Below, piece after piece: positions 41,502-52,700 of a DNA stretch of 64,000 nucleotides. The DNA lies in assembly GCA_000002445.1 (NCBI GenBank), contig CP000066.1, positions 416,001 through 480,000 of the forward strand, given 5' to 3'. This DNA comes from Trypanosoma brucei (Eukaryota). Positions within the stretch are counted from its first letter, which is position 1, and every line of letters starts with the position of its first letter. The notes under the pieces were generated by a model. The model had not been told where the DNA came from, did no database searches, and saw only the letters and a program-made list of their open reading frames with translations. Position numbers and translations under genes: made by a program.

Positions 41502-42290
41502 TTAAACACCCTTTGGGACCGCTTCGTTAATGTTCCCAAGACAGTCTTTCGCCTTCTCAAGGATATTCCGCACGTAAGTCCACTCCAAAACACTGCGGCG
41601 AAACCCCTGAAAGTCCTCCGCATCCCATTGCGCCTTGGTTGCTTCGTAGCACTCCATGTGGCGTTCCTCCAGATGAGCAATGAGAATGACGAGCCTGTCT
41701 CGGTACTCATTTGTTTCCTCAGGAGAAAACACGTACTCATTGGCTGCCATCATTTCAGCAAGAAACTCCTCTGGCAGGCTCATGTTCTCACCGGCATCCT
41801 GAAGTCGTTTGTTATCCTCCACATTACGGCCATCATCGTCACTCATGAGCATTTCCTCCTCCAACGGATCCAGAGGACGTCCCTTTACAGCTTCAGCACG
41901 ACTCAAGCGAGAAAGGTATTTGCAACGGCGGAATGGATCACGCAATGTTTCATATGACAAATTGGCATACATCGAATCATCAACATTCGCCACATCAGTT
42001 GTTGTCGATGTCGTTACCGATCCCACCACGCCGCCAGGCGGTTCCGTTGAGTTGTTGGCATCTTGCACGTTAGCCAAATCGGGATGAACACGACGCTGCA
42101 GTTTGTGGTAGCTTCGCTGAACATCTGCAGCATCCAAATCGGGGGATTTCGGCAGTGACAAGTACGCAAAGAAGTTTCCCCTTCCAACGGTGCCAGCGGT
42201 GTGTAGATTTCGCGTCATTCCGTTAGAAAACCCCAGCCACGCGCTGGTTGCTAAGAAACGACGGTTCATCCCCACCACCACCATCACCAC
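41502..42290 (-). CDS. HscB/Jac1-like J-domain co-chaperone (Fe-S cluster assembly), probable mitochondrial
   Basis: The J-domain 'NFFAYLSLPKSPDLDAADVQRSYHKLQRRVHPDLA' carries the HPD motif. An HscB-like C-terminal helical domain follows ('KYLSRL', 'FLAEMMAANEYV', 'RDRLVILIAHLEE', 'WDAEDFQGF'). The N-terminal presequence 'MNRRFLATSAWLGFSNGMTRNLHTAG' is basic. Confidence 0.6.
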   Translation of the reverse strand: MVMVVVGMNRRFLATSAWLGFSNGMTRNLHTAGTVGRGNFFAYLSLPKSPDLDAADVQRSYHKLQRRVHPDLANVQDANNSTEPPGGVVGSVTTSTTTDVANVDDSMYANLSYETLRDPFRRCKYLSRLSRAEAVKGRPLDPLEEEMLMSDDDGRNVEDNKRLQDAGENMSLPEEFLAEMMAANEYVFSPEETNEYRDRLVILIAHLEERHMECYEATKAQWDAEDFQGFRRSVLEWTYVRNILEKAKDCLGNINEAVPKGV

Positions 42291-42819
42291 CCTTTGTTGT
42301 TTACTGCACCTATTCCAATACTATGTTTCCTTTAGTGAGGCAGATACATAAAGACAAAGAAGAGGGAAAGTGCAGACGCCATGTGGTAGAATCACAGTCA
42401 GGTTGATTTTTGTGCTATTGATTTAAAGGAAAGCCCAAAGTAGAAGAAGAGGGGGCAGGCGGATGAGCTTCCATGGGAACGAGGAGAACCTTAATCATAC
42501 ACGGCAAGTTTTACGTACCGGAGCGCTTAAGACGAGACAAAAGCACGAACGGAACAGGGGAAGAGGGATAATAAAAGTGTAATACGTGAGAAGGAAAGAG
42601 GAATCGACTCTGTGCAATTCCACACTCCTCATTAAGGAGTTCTCAAGTGACTCGCAGAACGGAGTATATAAATAATGAATATACATGAAGATTACGACGA
42701 GCAACAACAAGAGACCTTAGGCACCAAGAGAGAGAGAGAGAGAAAAATCGAGTAAGACAGGAGGAAAAAAAGAAAATGAAAACACGATGCGAAAAAAAAA
42801 AAAGATCCCAGAGTGACCG

Positions 42820-45537
42820 TCACACAGGGGTTGTGTTCGAGCGAAAGTAAGATCCTACCTCCTGTGCGTTCAGCCTCAGTATCCCTTCAATATCAACGAA
42901 ATTGTTAAGAGCACTTTCTTCACTCATGCCTGAGAGTCTCATTGCCTCCTGTAACCTCTCATAGTACAACGAGGCCGCCTGCAGCTTTGAAAATCGCTTA
43001 GGCAGCGCATCGCCCAGATCACCAAGCTCTTTTACCGCTGCATCACATTCCTCCTTAAAATACTCCAATCTACATCGCACAAAAGGCAAATACAACATGA
43101 GGTCCAGTAGTGCTGTGTTCAGCGTTAAAACCGGCTGCTTTGTTGCAGAAGCAGCGGCTGCCTCGCGCCCCACATGACGTGACTCGGACCGCGTGGGTGA
43201 AACTCTCCTTCCGGACCGGCGATCACTTCTGGAACGCCCTGCACTAGGGGAGCGGTGGTTCCGTTTACTTTCCGTAACACTTGCAGTGCATTTATCGTCC
43301 ATTTCGGAGGTAGGCTTCGGGAGAGTTTCTACAGTTCTAGATAGATACGCATTAGCAAATGCATCAGTAAGATTTTGAAGTGAAATGTTTTTTAACCCGC
43401 TATCAAAATCAAGCATATTCATGAGGCGCCTGGTCGTATTGCGATCTGGTAGTCCAAACTCCACATTTGTTGCGGCCATAATAATTTGAGTCCGCTGGGA
43501 AGCCGAAGCGGTAGCAATACCCTGAAGAAGCGCGCCAGATCCTGCAGGAAGTCGAGCCGCATCACCCAATGCTCTCTTCTCTTTCCGTGAAGTTTTCTTT
43601 CCACGTTGGTGCTCCGGATGTGGGAACGAATCCGCCATACCTGCCATGAGGTGGGACTCTATGGCACTTAATTCTGAAGGAAGCAAAAGTACCATCATGG
43701 CGTTGCAGAGGAACTCCTGGCGGTCTCTTGTGACAACTATGCTTGTACTGGTCTCATCTCCCTCCCATGGCTCAGGTATAGTGCAATCCTTGCACTGCTG
43801 AATTTCACAAAGAAGTTGACTGTGGTCGAATGCCACAGCGGAACTACCCACCGACCCCTTTTTCTGACTCGCAGTTAGGAAGTTCGAGGCCTTGTCGAGT
43901 AGATTTTTCATATTTTCTAAGCGGTGAGGATTCGGTAAACAGGAAGGTTTCCCCCAGATTCTCTTTTCTACCTTATCCTCACGGTGAAGAAGGGCATCGT
44001 ACATGACACTATGGTCAGTGTCACCTGGTAACTGGGGTGGGAGATTTGGCAGTTGGATGCGATCCAACGAGACAACTGGAGCCGGCGCCGCTTGTTTTAC
44101 CGCCCATTTCCCTGTTGTGTCAGGCGCCTGCTGCTTCGCTACCGAAGCCCTTCTGCGCATTAGCGCATTGCGAGGGGATACGTTCGTTTGTTCGACATTG
44201 CCTGCATTTTGAGAGGTTTCCTGTTGCTTAGACATCGCTCCGAGTTTCTCAGCGCAGAGAGGCATCCCCTTACCTGACATGGCCCAGACCAGGTGGAACC
44301 GTTTGTGGGTCTCAACCACCTCTTCTCGTTTCATTTCATTTTCCCTGGCCTCGCGCATTTCGCGCAGCGCCTTTTGTTTCCCTAGACGGTGCATACTTTT
44401 CCCGAGGTATAACTCACAAGCAGAAGGTCTGAACGCCCTCCTTGGCACCACCTTTGGGTCATCCGCTCGTTGCCGAGCAGGTGTAAAAGTTTTAAAGAAC
44501 GCTAAGGTCTTTAACACGGGTTCCTTACCTATAGTAACTGAAAAGAACCTTGGATCTGTGTGAGCCACCGTTGGTAGCCCCTGTGTACGCCCGTCTTGCA
44601 GAGGCGATAATTGCAAGCTCCTTCGCTGAATACTGCTGTCTATCGATCGTCTTTGGAGCGGGGCTGATGAAGCCAGTATGTTTCCAAGCTCACACATGCT
44701 ACCAAGCTCCCTATCTTTTTGGACTAACTGACTCACAACAGTGTTTCGCTCCTCCATTTGTACTAGTCGCCGATCAAGCAGTTCCAGTTGAGGTTGCTCA
44801 CGAATGAGATAGGGTCGATAGCCCAGTTCATCACAGAGTGGATTGCCGCGTAAATCCAATTCACGGAGGTCGCGTAGTCGCTTAAGTTGTGTGGATACAG
44901 CAACCAAGTTAGCTAAACGGTTGTAAGCCAACAGCAAAACCCTCAAATGACGCAAACGGGGAATATCTCCGTCAATCGTCCATATCATGTTGTGCGACAG
45001 AAACAGACTCCGCAGAAGGTGACAACCCCGTGGCCTACACCATAATGTTTCTACTCCATCATCAACGGCAGCATCATTCTCAGCTCTAGAGTTGCCGTCA
45101 GCAGTTCGCTTGGGAGGTAAAAGAAATGAAACCTCGCTTATCCGGTTGTTGGATAAGACAAGTGTATCTAGATTTTCCAGATATTGAACGTTCGTATGAA
45201 GACGCGTGATATTTTTTCTGCACAGTTCCAACTCCTTTGTATTTCGGTATTCCGAGCGTGGGATCTTGAGGGCAATGATGGGGTCAATGCAGTGATCCTG
45301 TTGCTCCGTTGGGTCTACGAACGCGGGAAACTTCTCCAGCTCGCACGACTCCTCATCTTCACTGTTTGAAGCCTCTCCACTCGTTTCTACTCTGGAGCTG
45401 CCTTTGTACGCAGCCCTCGAAAAGGATATCGCACGACTTGCAATACGATTCATTCGTTCCTTATTTTTGGAACGCAGGAGATCCGGATATGACCTATTTG
45501 CGGTTGTGTACATCGTTAGCGTGGCCTTCTGCCTCAA
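42820..45537 (-). CDS. Leucine-rich repeat protein (905 aa) with SDS22-like LRRs and basic Ser/Arg-rich C-terminal region
   Basis: LRRs include 'LENLDTLVLSNNRISEVSFL', 'LRSLFLSHNMIWTI', 'LRHLRVLLLAYNRLANL' and 'LRELDLRGNPLC'. The downstream region is low in complexity, with 'RSPSAGRSRSDRRSGRRVSPTRSESR'. Confidence 0.5.
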   Translation of the reverse strand: MRQKATLTMYTTANRSYPDLLRSKNKERMNRIASRAISFSRAAYKGSSRVETSGEASNSEDEESCELEKFPAFVDPTEQQDHCIDPIIALKIPRSEYRNTKELELCRKNITRLHTNVQYLENLDTLVLSNNRISEVSFLLPPKRTADGNSRAENDAAVDDGVETLWCRPRGCHLLRSLFLSHNMIWTIDGDIPRLRHLRVLLLAYNRLANLVAVSTQLKRLRDLRELDLRGNPLCDELGYRPYLIREQPQLELLDRRLVQMEERNTVVSQLVQKDRELGSMCELGNILASSAPLQRRSIDSSIQRRSLQLSPLQDGRTQGLPTVAHTDPRFFSVTIGKEPVLKTLAFFKTFTPARQRADDPKVVPRRAFRPSACELYLGKSMHRLGKQKALREMREARENEMKREEVVETHKRFHLVWAMSGKGMPLCAEKLGAMSKQQETSQNAGNVEQTNVSPRNALMRRRASVAKQQAPDTTGKWAVKQAAPAPVVSLDRIQLPNLPPQLPGDTDHSVMYDALLHREDKVEKRIWGKPSCLPNPHRLENMKNLLDKASNFLTASQKKGSVGSSAVAFDHSQLLCEIQQCKDCTIPEPWEGDETSTSIVVTRDRQEFLCNAMMVLLLPSELSAIESHLMAGMADSFPHPEHQRGKKTSRKEKRALGDAARLPAGSGALLQGIATASASQRTQIIMAATNVEFGLPDRNTTRRLMNMLDFDSGLKNISLQNLTDAFANAYLSRTVETLPKPTSEMDDKCTASVTESKRNHRSPSAGRSRSDRRSGRRVSPTRSESRHVGREAAAASATKQPVLTLNTALLDLMLYLPFVRCRLEYFKEECDAAVKELGDLGDALPKRFSKLQAASLYYERLQEAMRLSGMSEESALNNFVDIEGILRLNAQEVGSYFRSNTTPV

Positions 45538-46142
45538 TCAATATTATAAAACAACACAGTGGACAAACGCCACGGCGAAAACAATACAATATATATATAT
45601 ATATATATAACACAGAGACGTGCAAACACACGCACCTGTGTCTACGTTGTTCGATGCGCAAACCCTATTTTCGAACTCTACGTTTTCTTCTATCTACTTC
45701 GAACTAAAGGGTTAAGGGTGACTTGGAATACTACTATGAATAAACGTGAGATGAGCAATGCATGCAGAAGTTCAAAGATGAAAATAGAAGAAAGAGTCGT
45801 AGTTTTACCTCAATACACTCACAAAAACAAACGTCACAAACCGACAAGAAAAATTTATTCCCGATGTAACTAAGCTCAAGAACAACAGTAACCAACAAAA
45901 AGAGGAATGTGTCACGTCTTTAATGGATATAGGGTATTATCAACAAACCAAAATGAGAGCAGTCGCATGCGCTATATTCCTTCTGATGCAAGCTAATAAT
46001 CACCGCGCGGACATGTAATTGACTACAAAAAAAAAAAGAAAGCAGAGAACATGAGCCTAACCAGCGTTGTGATTCCCACCAACTCGAGCAGCGACGACCG
46101 ATGAATTAGTGCAACGTCATCAGAACTCACAATCATCTCCCG

Positions 46143-46532
46143 CTATCCACCTTTAACTGAAGCTGTTGCTGAGCGCGCCACACGTTCCACTACCGGTAAG
46201 TTACGACCCCTCCAAAGTTTCCTGCTCAACTTTGCCTCCTCCACCGTATTAACAGAAGCAACACACACCACATCACTGCCACGAATCATCAACACACCTA
46301 AGGAATGTTCCCGCATCTCACCACCAGGGGGAGTCGCACCATTTGTACCGTTACGATTATTTTTAATATCATTTGGGTCAGTTGAGTCCTCCGCCTCATC
46401 ATCAAAAACACGCTCTGCACATGATGTTAACACGAGATTCATGAGTTGATCCGCTGCATGAAGAACACCGACGAGATACCGCCCATCCACAGTAACAACG
46501 GAGACGCGGCGCCTGAGATATTGGGAAAGCAT
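46143..46532 (-). CDS. Sm-like (LSm) protein, LSm8-like, with expanded loop between Sm1 and Sm2
   Basis: Sm1 is 'VTVDGRYLVGVLHAADQLMNLVLTSCAERVF' and Sm2 is 'VLMIRGSDVVCVA'. About 35 aa of acidic, Asn/Gly-rich insert lie between them. Confidence 0.6.
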   Translation of the reverse strand: MLSQYLRRRVSVVTVDGRYLVGVLHAADQLMNLVLTSCAERVFDDEAEDSTDPNDIKNNRNGTNGATPPGGEMREHSLGVLMIRGSDVVCVASVNTVEEAKLSRKLWRGRNLPVVERVARSATASVKGG

Positions 46533-46566
46533 TCGAAGTAAATGCGCGTATAACTAACTAGTTATA

Positions 46567-46597
<31 letters not shown>

Positions 46598-47277
46598 TTA
46601 TATGCGAACGCTTGTGTCGAAAGCTCCAACCGATTTGAATGACCACAAAGGAAGAAAACTTGGGGCCAATCTTATGTTTGTAACGCATAAAGAGAAACAA
46701 AAAAAAAGAGAAAACAGAACGGCAGAGTACGTTACATAATCGAAGGGTGCGTAGGAAGTATCCTGCTGCTACCGACTTTCACGGAAACTATGCATAGAAA
46801 ACACACAAAAAGAGAGATTACGGCGATAACTATTATATGGACGGAGAAAGGCAATCACAAGTGTGGGGACAAAAAAAAGAACCAAAAAAAGGGAAAACAT
46901 CCCAGCGGGACAAAGTGATGGGAAAGCAACGGTTTGATGGGGAAAAAAACGAAAAAAGATAAATATACCCGCCGCACTTCATTCCCACCCGAATAAAAGG
47001 AAAAAATCATGCACGCGGAGCACCAGCTCAGGAAGATTGGGAAACGCACATACGCTTGTTCACACGGAGCAAATGGAACCAATGCCCTCAATTCGCTCCG
47101 CTTGGACATATGAACAGGAGAGGAGGGAAACGGAAGAGGAAAGAGGAAAGAAGAGGAGGGGGAGCGAAAAAAATAAAAATAAAAATGATAAAAATAAATA
47201 AAAAGAGGACGGTATGGAAGAATACGGGACCATAAAGCGCATATTTTTTATGCATTCGGCTACAAGAAAAATAGATG

Positions 47278-47280
<3 letters not shown>

Positions 47281-47316
<36 letters not shown>

Positions 47317-47345
47317 TACATATATATATATATATATATGTATGT
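47281..47345. repeat. Compound microsatellite (CA)n(ATAC)n(TA)n
   Basis: A 'cacacacacacacacacacacacacacaca' run is followed by 'catacatacatatatatatatatatatatg'. Confidence 0.95.
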
Positions 47346-48117
47346 ATACCCGGATGGAGTGCTGCATATGCATTTACCGAACGCAGATATTGCCGAAACG
47401 CAATTCGTTTTTCTCTTTTCTTCTCCCCTCCACTTTTCCTTTCTCTCTTTCCTTTTACTTTCCTGCTCCGTCTGTTTCATTACCCCTCTGCACGTACACC
47501 ACACCAATCCGCTTCTTAGCCACTGGATATTTTTTAAAAAACCGCGCTGTTGAACACCAATGTAAAATTTTAAAAAGTTCTACTACTTCCTCCTTTTTTT
47601 TTACGCGGCATGCTGACTTTACCGTATATTCACGCAAGCATCCACTCTCTTATGCCCACGCCAACGTTTTCCTTAGACAACAATAAGAATAACTAGAAAC
47701 GTTTTTCCCCCTTTCGTTACACACTTATTCTCCTTTTACCCACTCCTTGCTTCTCAGTTCTTTTTCTTCTTGTTTTTTTGTTTCAAATTCGTCCTCGTGA
47801 TCGCGTTCATTAAAAATCCGCTCCTCTTTTGTTACTAACTTACGTGACGCACAACAAACAAAAAACTAACAAAAATAGAAAAAAAAACATGAACGTATAT
47901 ATATATATATATATACTTTACCACCAGCGTACATACTCTCTCCAACATATAAAATGCACCAACATCCAGTTTCAGAGGTATTTGAACGTTAGTCCAACTC
48001 AATCTCAAGACAAAATCCCCGCACCATAACACAAACACACACGTACACACGCGCCCTTTTTCTCTATTTCTGTCAAGAAGCAGAGAAAAAGTCGCTCAGT
48101 CGGTGCGACGGGTTTAT

Positions 48118-49164
48118 TTAGCTCAGAATGCGACGTGCCACGTCGAGAACATCAGAGACTTGCGGTTGTGATGCAACTTCCAAATTTTTCGAGTATGGTG
48201 TTGGGCAGTCGGCACATGAAACGCGCTCCATCGGGGCGTCAAGATAATCGAACGCCTCGCTCTCCATTACAATGGCGCATATCTCCGCACCAATATTGCA
48301 AATAGGGAAGGATTCATCAACAGTCATCGCACGACCAGTTTTCTTCACGGATTGAATGATCGTTGCGCGATCCAGAGGACGAAGGGAACGAAGGTTAATC
48401 ACTTCAGCCTCAATACCGCTCTTGGCAAGTTGCTCCGCTGCTTTAAGGCAAAGAGAAACACCACGCGAGAAACCAATCATTGTGATATCCTTGCCAGGTC
48501 GCTCAATTTTAGCCTTTCCAAAAGGAATGACAAAGTCTTCTCCCATCGCCTCATCACTTACTTTGAATGTCTCACCATACATAAGCTCATGTTCAAGCAT
48601 AACGACGGGATTGTCATCGCGAATTGCAGCTTTCAGCATTCCACGAGCGTCTTCGCTGCTGTATGGGGAGAATACCTTCAGTCCAGGAATTGAGGCATAC
48701 CAAGCAGCAAAACACTGAGAATGTTGAGCCCCAACACCGGCTGATGCGCCGTTGGGACCACGGAACACAATAGGACACTTAAGTTGACCTGCTGACATGT
48801 ACAATCCCTTACCAGCGGAGTTCACAATTTGGTCAATGGCTTGCATGGCGAAGTTCATCGTCATGAATTCACACACGGGTCTCATGCCATTCATGGCGGC
48901 ACCCACAGCCATACCCGCGAAACCATGTTCCGTAATGGGTGTGTCAATAACACGAGATGTTCCATACTTATCAACAAGTCCTCTTGTCACCTTGTAGGCT
49001 CCTTGATACTGTCCGACCTCTTCACCCAACACAAAAACAGTTTTGTCTCGACTCAGCTCCTCATCGATTGCACTGTTTAGTGCGTCACGAACAGTCAAAC
49101 TCGTCACTGTCCGAGAACCAAGTGCAGCAGATGAAGCTGAGAAAGTAGTAGCAAAACGGCGCAT
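48118..49164 (-). CDS. PDHB: Pyruvate dehydrogenase E1 component beta subunit (mitochondrial)
   Basis: Transketolase-like pyrimidine-binding motifs '[75 protein letters not shown]' are present. The C-terminal transketolase-C domain includes '[13 protein letters not shown]'. The N-terminal presequence is '[18 protein letters not shown]'. Confidence 0.92.
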   Translation of the reverse strand: MRRFATTFSASSAALGSRTVTSLTVRDALNSAIDEELSRDKTVFVLGEEVGQYQGAYKVTRGLVDKYGTSRVIDTPITEHGFAGMAVGAAMNGMRPVCEFMTMNFAMQAIDQIVNSAGKGLYMSAGQLKCPIVFRGPNGASAGVGAQHSQCFAAWYASIPGLKVFSPYSSEDARGMLKAAIRDDNPVVMLEHELMYGETFKVSDEAMGEDFVIPFGKAKIERPGKDITMIGFSRGVSLCLKAAEQLAKSGIEAEVINLRSLRPLDRATIIQSVKKTGRAMTVDESFPICNIGAEICAIVMESEAFDYLDAPMERVSCADCPTPYSKNLEVASQPQVSDVLDVARRILS

Positions 49165-49707
49165 TTTAAATAATGTTCTTTCTTCTTCCTCTCTTTTTTT
49201 TTTTCGTTACCTTTGGGTTTCCTGTTTTAGGATAATTCTACAACCTTCAGGTATCTTTTTATCTTTGATTTCTTTCGTTGACGGGCTAGACACTCTCGAA
49301 TATTTGTAGTTTGTTTGGTTGTGTAGGTGCAACGAGAGCGATTAGTAAGTTAGAAGAAGAAGTTTAAAGATAAAAATTCAAAACAGTTCAAAACTGTTTG
49401 TTTCTCATATTCGGACAAAGAACAAACTTCTCCGCAATATTTCCCTCCCCCCTCCCTCATTCGAACCGAATTGTTGGTTAAGTGGCACAACGATAGAAAC
49501 CAATTAAAAGCTATTTAAACACTCCTTTAGTACCTCTCCCGTTCCTTGAAGTAGCACAAACGCAGAGCGTTGTCCCCATTACCCACAACACGAACTGTGG
49601 GGTACATGGTACTTACGGGGGCAGCAGCGTGTTCAAATGCACACTTCGTGTAAACAAGGTAATGTTTGAGGAAGTACAAAAAAGAAAAACTGCTCAAACA
49701 ATAAATC

Positions 49708-52700
49708 TCATTGGCCTCTGTCACGTTTTCTCCACCTTCGGTACCTGCGGTTATGTCCATGATGCTCATCATCCTGTTCATCTCGATCAAAATCCCATTC
49801 CCAATGCCGATCCCGGTCGCGGTTAGCATCACGATCCCGTTCACGGCCACGGCTGACCTCACGATCACGGTCATAATCGCGAACCGCCCCACGGTCATTG
49901 TCACGCTCACGAGAACGATCCCGGTCGCGGGCCCGGTCTCCACCACGTCGACGCAAGCGACCATGCCGGTGGTCGTGATTACTATCAGCCTCATGATCGT
50001 TCTCACGATCTCGTTTTCGCTTAGATGAACCCGTAGTACGACCATCAACACCTGCTGAACCTTGCGTCTCGGTTCGTGCTGCCACGGACGTTTTGGGGTC
50101 TGGTGAAACCATGAACAACTGCTCAGCACTTACCGCAGGCCCTGTCATCCTCTCTAGAAGTGGACATTCCACAGATGCTAACAGATTGACAGGATGAGTG
50201 CTATCCGTTGACAGAATTATCCCGAGCGTTTGCTGACGTTTCTTCACAGCGTCCAGGAACAGTTCCTTGTTTCGCCTGACGAGCCCAATAACACGCCGCA
50301 TGTGAAAAGTTAGAGTGTAAGCCTTCCAATCACCGAGAGAAGTATTCTCACCGAGAAACCGAGCAATGTTCCGCGTCGTATCCATAATAAGTGTTTGGAG
50401 AAGTGCGGCAGCATCCTTTCCTGAAGCAGGAAGCACATCATGGATCCAGTTGTTTTGAGTACCCTCGGTTCTTGCAGGCACGTTCGCCTCTGCAGTCGTT
50501 GGTGGTTGCTTTTGCTGATCCCCATGAGGAGGGACAGCACGACAGGGATTCAACCTATAGGGCAAAACAATTTCATCCACCAAAACGCCCAGGAATGCCG
50601 CGAGGGCAGTGCACTCCATTTTCGTGGCGTGTAAAACTTTTGCGTTCGCCTGCAAAACGATACGACGCACGGCATTCAATAGTGCACGAGATTCAAGATT
50701 ACCAGCGCATGATATCAGCCACTTCTTCACTGCAATTCCGGTCAGCACGGCATCTGCTACAGAAGTTCGCGCGCGCATTACAAACACAGTGATCACTGCA
50801 TCCATATAGGGTTTTACAACCGCATTCAGCAACTTGTCGTCACCTGAAGCAGGGGCTTCAGAGCCCTTATTGATTGCACTACCCGTTACTGCAATTGGGG
50901 CTTCTGCTTGTGCACCCGTAGTTGGGGAAACTGTCGATTCTTCCTCCACCTTCAAAGTAGCGCTCGAAGTATCAGTAGTCGTGTTAGCAACCTCCTTTTT
51001 CTCTTCTACCATTGAGTCAGTGGGAACGGGCCCCACCTGCTGCTGGACGTCTGCCGGTGCGTTGTTAGCTGCCCTTTGGCGAAGCGCATCGAAATCGTGT
51101 TTGACAGATGCCGATATACCCGTGTCCAATTTCTCCTGTGTTGATATGTCTTTCTCTTTCGTTGTGGGTTGTTCTAGCATGGCGCGGCATGCTAAAAGCG
51201 TTTTCGTTGGAATACTCTTCATATAATTTCGGTTGCACAACCTCAATAAATTCATTGCACACACGTTCGCACGTGAGTCAATATCCTCTAACTCCATACT
51301 GCACAAGTAATCACACCAAGCATGAGGAATATGTGGCTTAACTTCCTCATCGTACGCCACGTTGCCCTGTAAGAGGACTGCTAGTGCGAGCCGTGGCAAA
51401 ACTGGTCCTTCCCGAGCCACATTAGCCCTAGAGAGTAGTTTTTCCACGATGGCTTTTTGTACTTGCTGACGTCTTGACACATCCCAGTAGGTTACTGTAT
51501 TGCATAGACGCATCACACCCATGAAAAAAGCTGTCATCGCATCGACGACAACACACCCCGCACCAGTTGGCCCAAGAAGACGCGCTTCGCCTACACCTCG
51601 CAACCGCGCCATCACCAACTCTCCAATGTGTGCAACAATTTCAACGAAGAGCCGCCGGACCACATCAGCCTCCTTCTCCTTCTCTCCTCCGCTTTTTGAC
51701 ATTTTGTCATCACCATCCCTCTCTTTCTTTACTGATCCCGGGGTCATAAGAATGTTGTGGAAGAACTGCAGGGCATCGTTTTTCGCATTTAAAGCGAGCC
51801 GCTGCGGTTGACGGCTATAGTATCCACGCGGCAACTCCTCCAGATACGCGACCTCAGCACAGCGCGGGTACCGCAGGGCACAAGCCACGTGCTCAGCGTC
51901 TTTTGCAGTACTGTGATCCACTCCAATAGCCCTTAGCGGAGGAAGAAAGAAGGCGACGAGCCCGTACTGGTGTCGCTGCCTTATGAGACGATGAAGACAC
52001 GACATCATGGGCAGACCAGGCGCAAAGAAACGGCGAGCAGCCAGTCGAACATGCTGAATCGTCGTTTTTTCAAAGAGTGGTGAGTCACTTGCCACAAACC
52101 CTAAGAACATGAGCCACTCGCTCACAGCTACACTACAGCTTCCAGTTCCACTTGTAATTATGGATTCCTCGAGGGCGGCTGCAAAAAGTCTTTCAACAAA
52201 TTGCGAAGTATTGACGGTATGATCAGCGACACAGCTATCTTTTCCAGCCGCTGTGGAGTTCAGAACCGACTTCACATCTTCGCACAAACTTGCCAAAGAG
52301 CTTTCAATGAAGTTGGCGACAGCAAAGAATTTAGGGAAAAACATGAAGGCCACATCATCCGCATCGAGGGTTGCCTCACTAAACGCTGTAGAACGTGATG
52401 CACTAGACATGCCCCGATCGGTAATGATGGCCTCAAAGTCACACCTATCCGCTTCAGCCCCTGTCGCACACAATGACTTAATCAGATGCTGCAATGTCGC
52501 AAGAGGCCTGTGAACAAGAAGTACACGCAACGCTCTCTTGTGTATATCGCTTGGCACACTTGTCTTATCAAGAGCAGAGGAAATGATGCCATTTAGTGCC
52601 TTGCTACATGCTTCAACAAGGGTTAACGGTGTCCCTCTGCTTACCATGGCATTCGATGATGACAGCAGAGGCGTCGCGACTGCTCTGCTATGCCACGAGA

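Noticed and set aside
45538-48117. Possible snoRNA genes in the intergenic stretches flanking the LSm gene
   Set aside because: I could not find convincing C (UGAUGA) and D (CUGA) box pairs with appropriate spacing and terminal stems on the minus strand. Without a covariance or alignment tool I cannot support a call.
49440-49470. Perfect hairpin CATTCG-AAC-CGAATG resembling a tRNA T-arm (GGTTCGAAT on the minus strand)
   Set aside because: The loop is 3 nt rather than the 7-nt T-loop. No acceptor stem, anticodon arm or A/B box arrangement surrounds it, so this is not a tRNA.
49527-50129. ORF of 200 aa overlapping the 3' end of the 1464-aa gene, and plus-strand ORF 49711-50028
   Set aside because: These are frame-shifted or antisense readings of the RD-repeat DNA (CGN GAN repeats read as Thr/Val/Ile-rich). 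They do not continue the long ORF.
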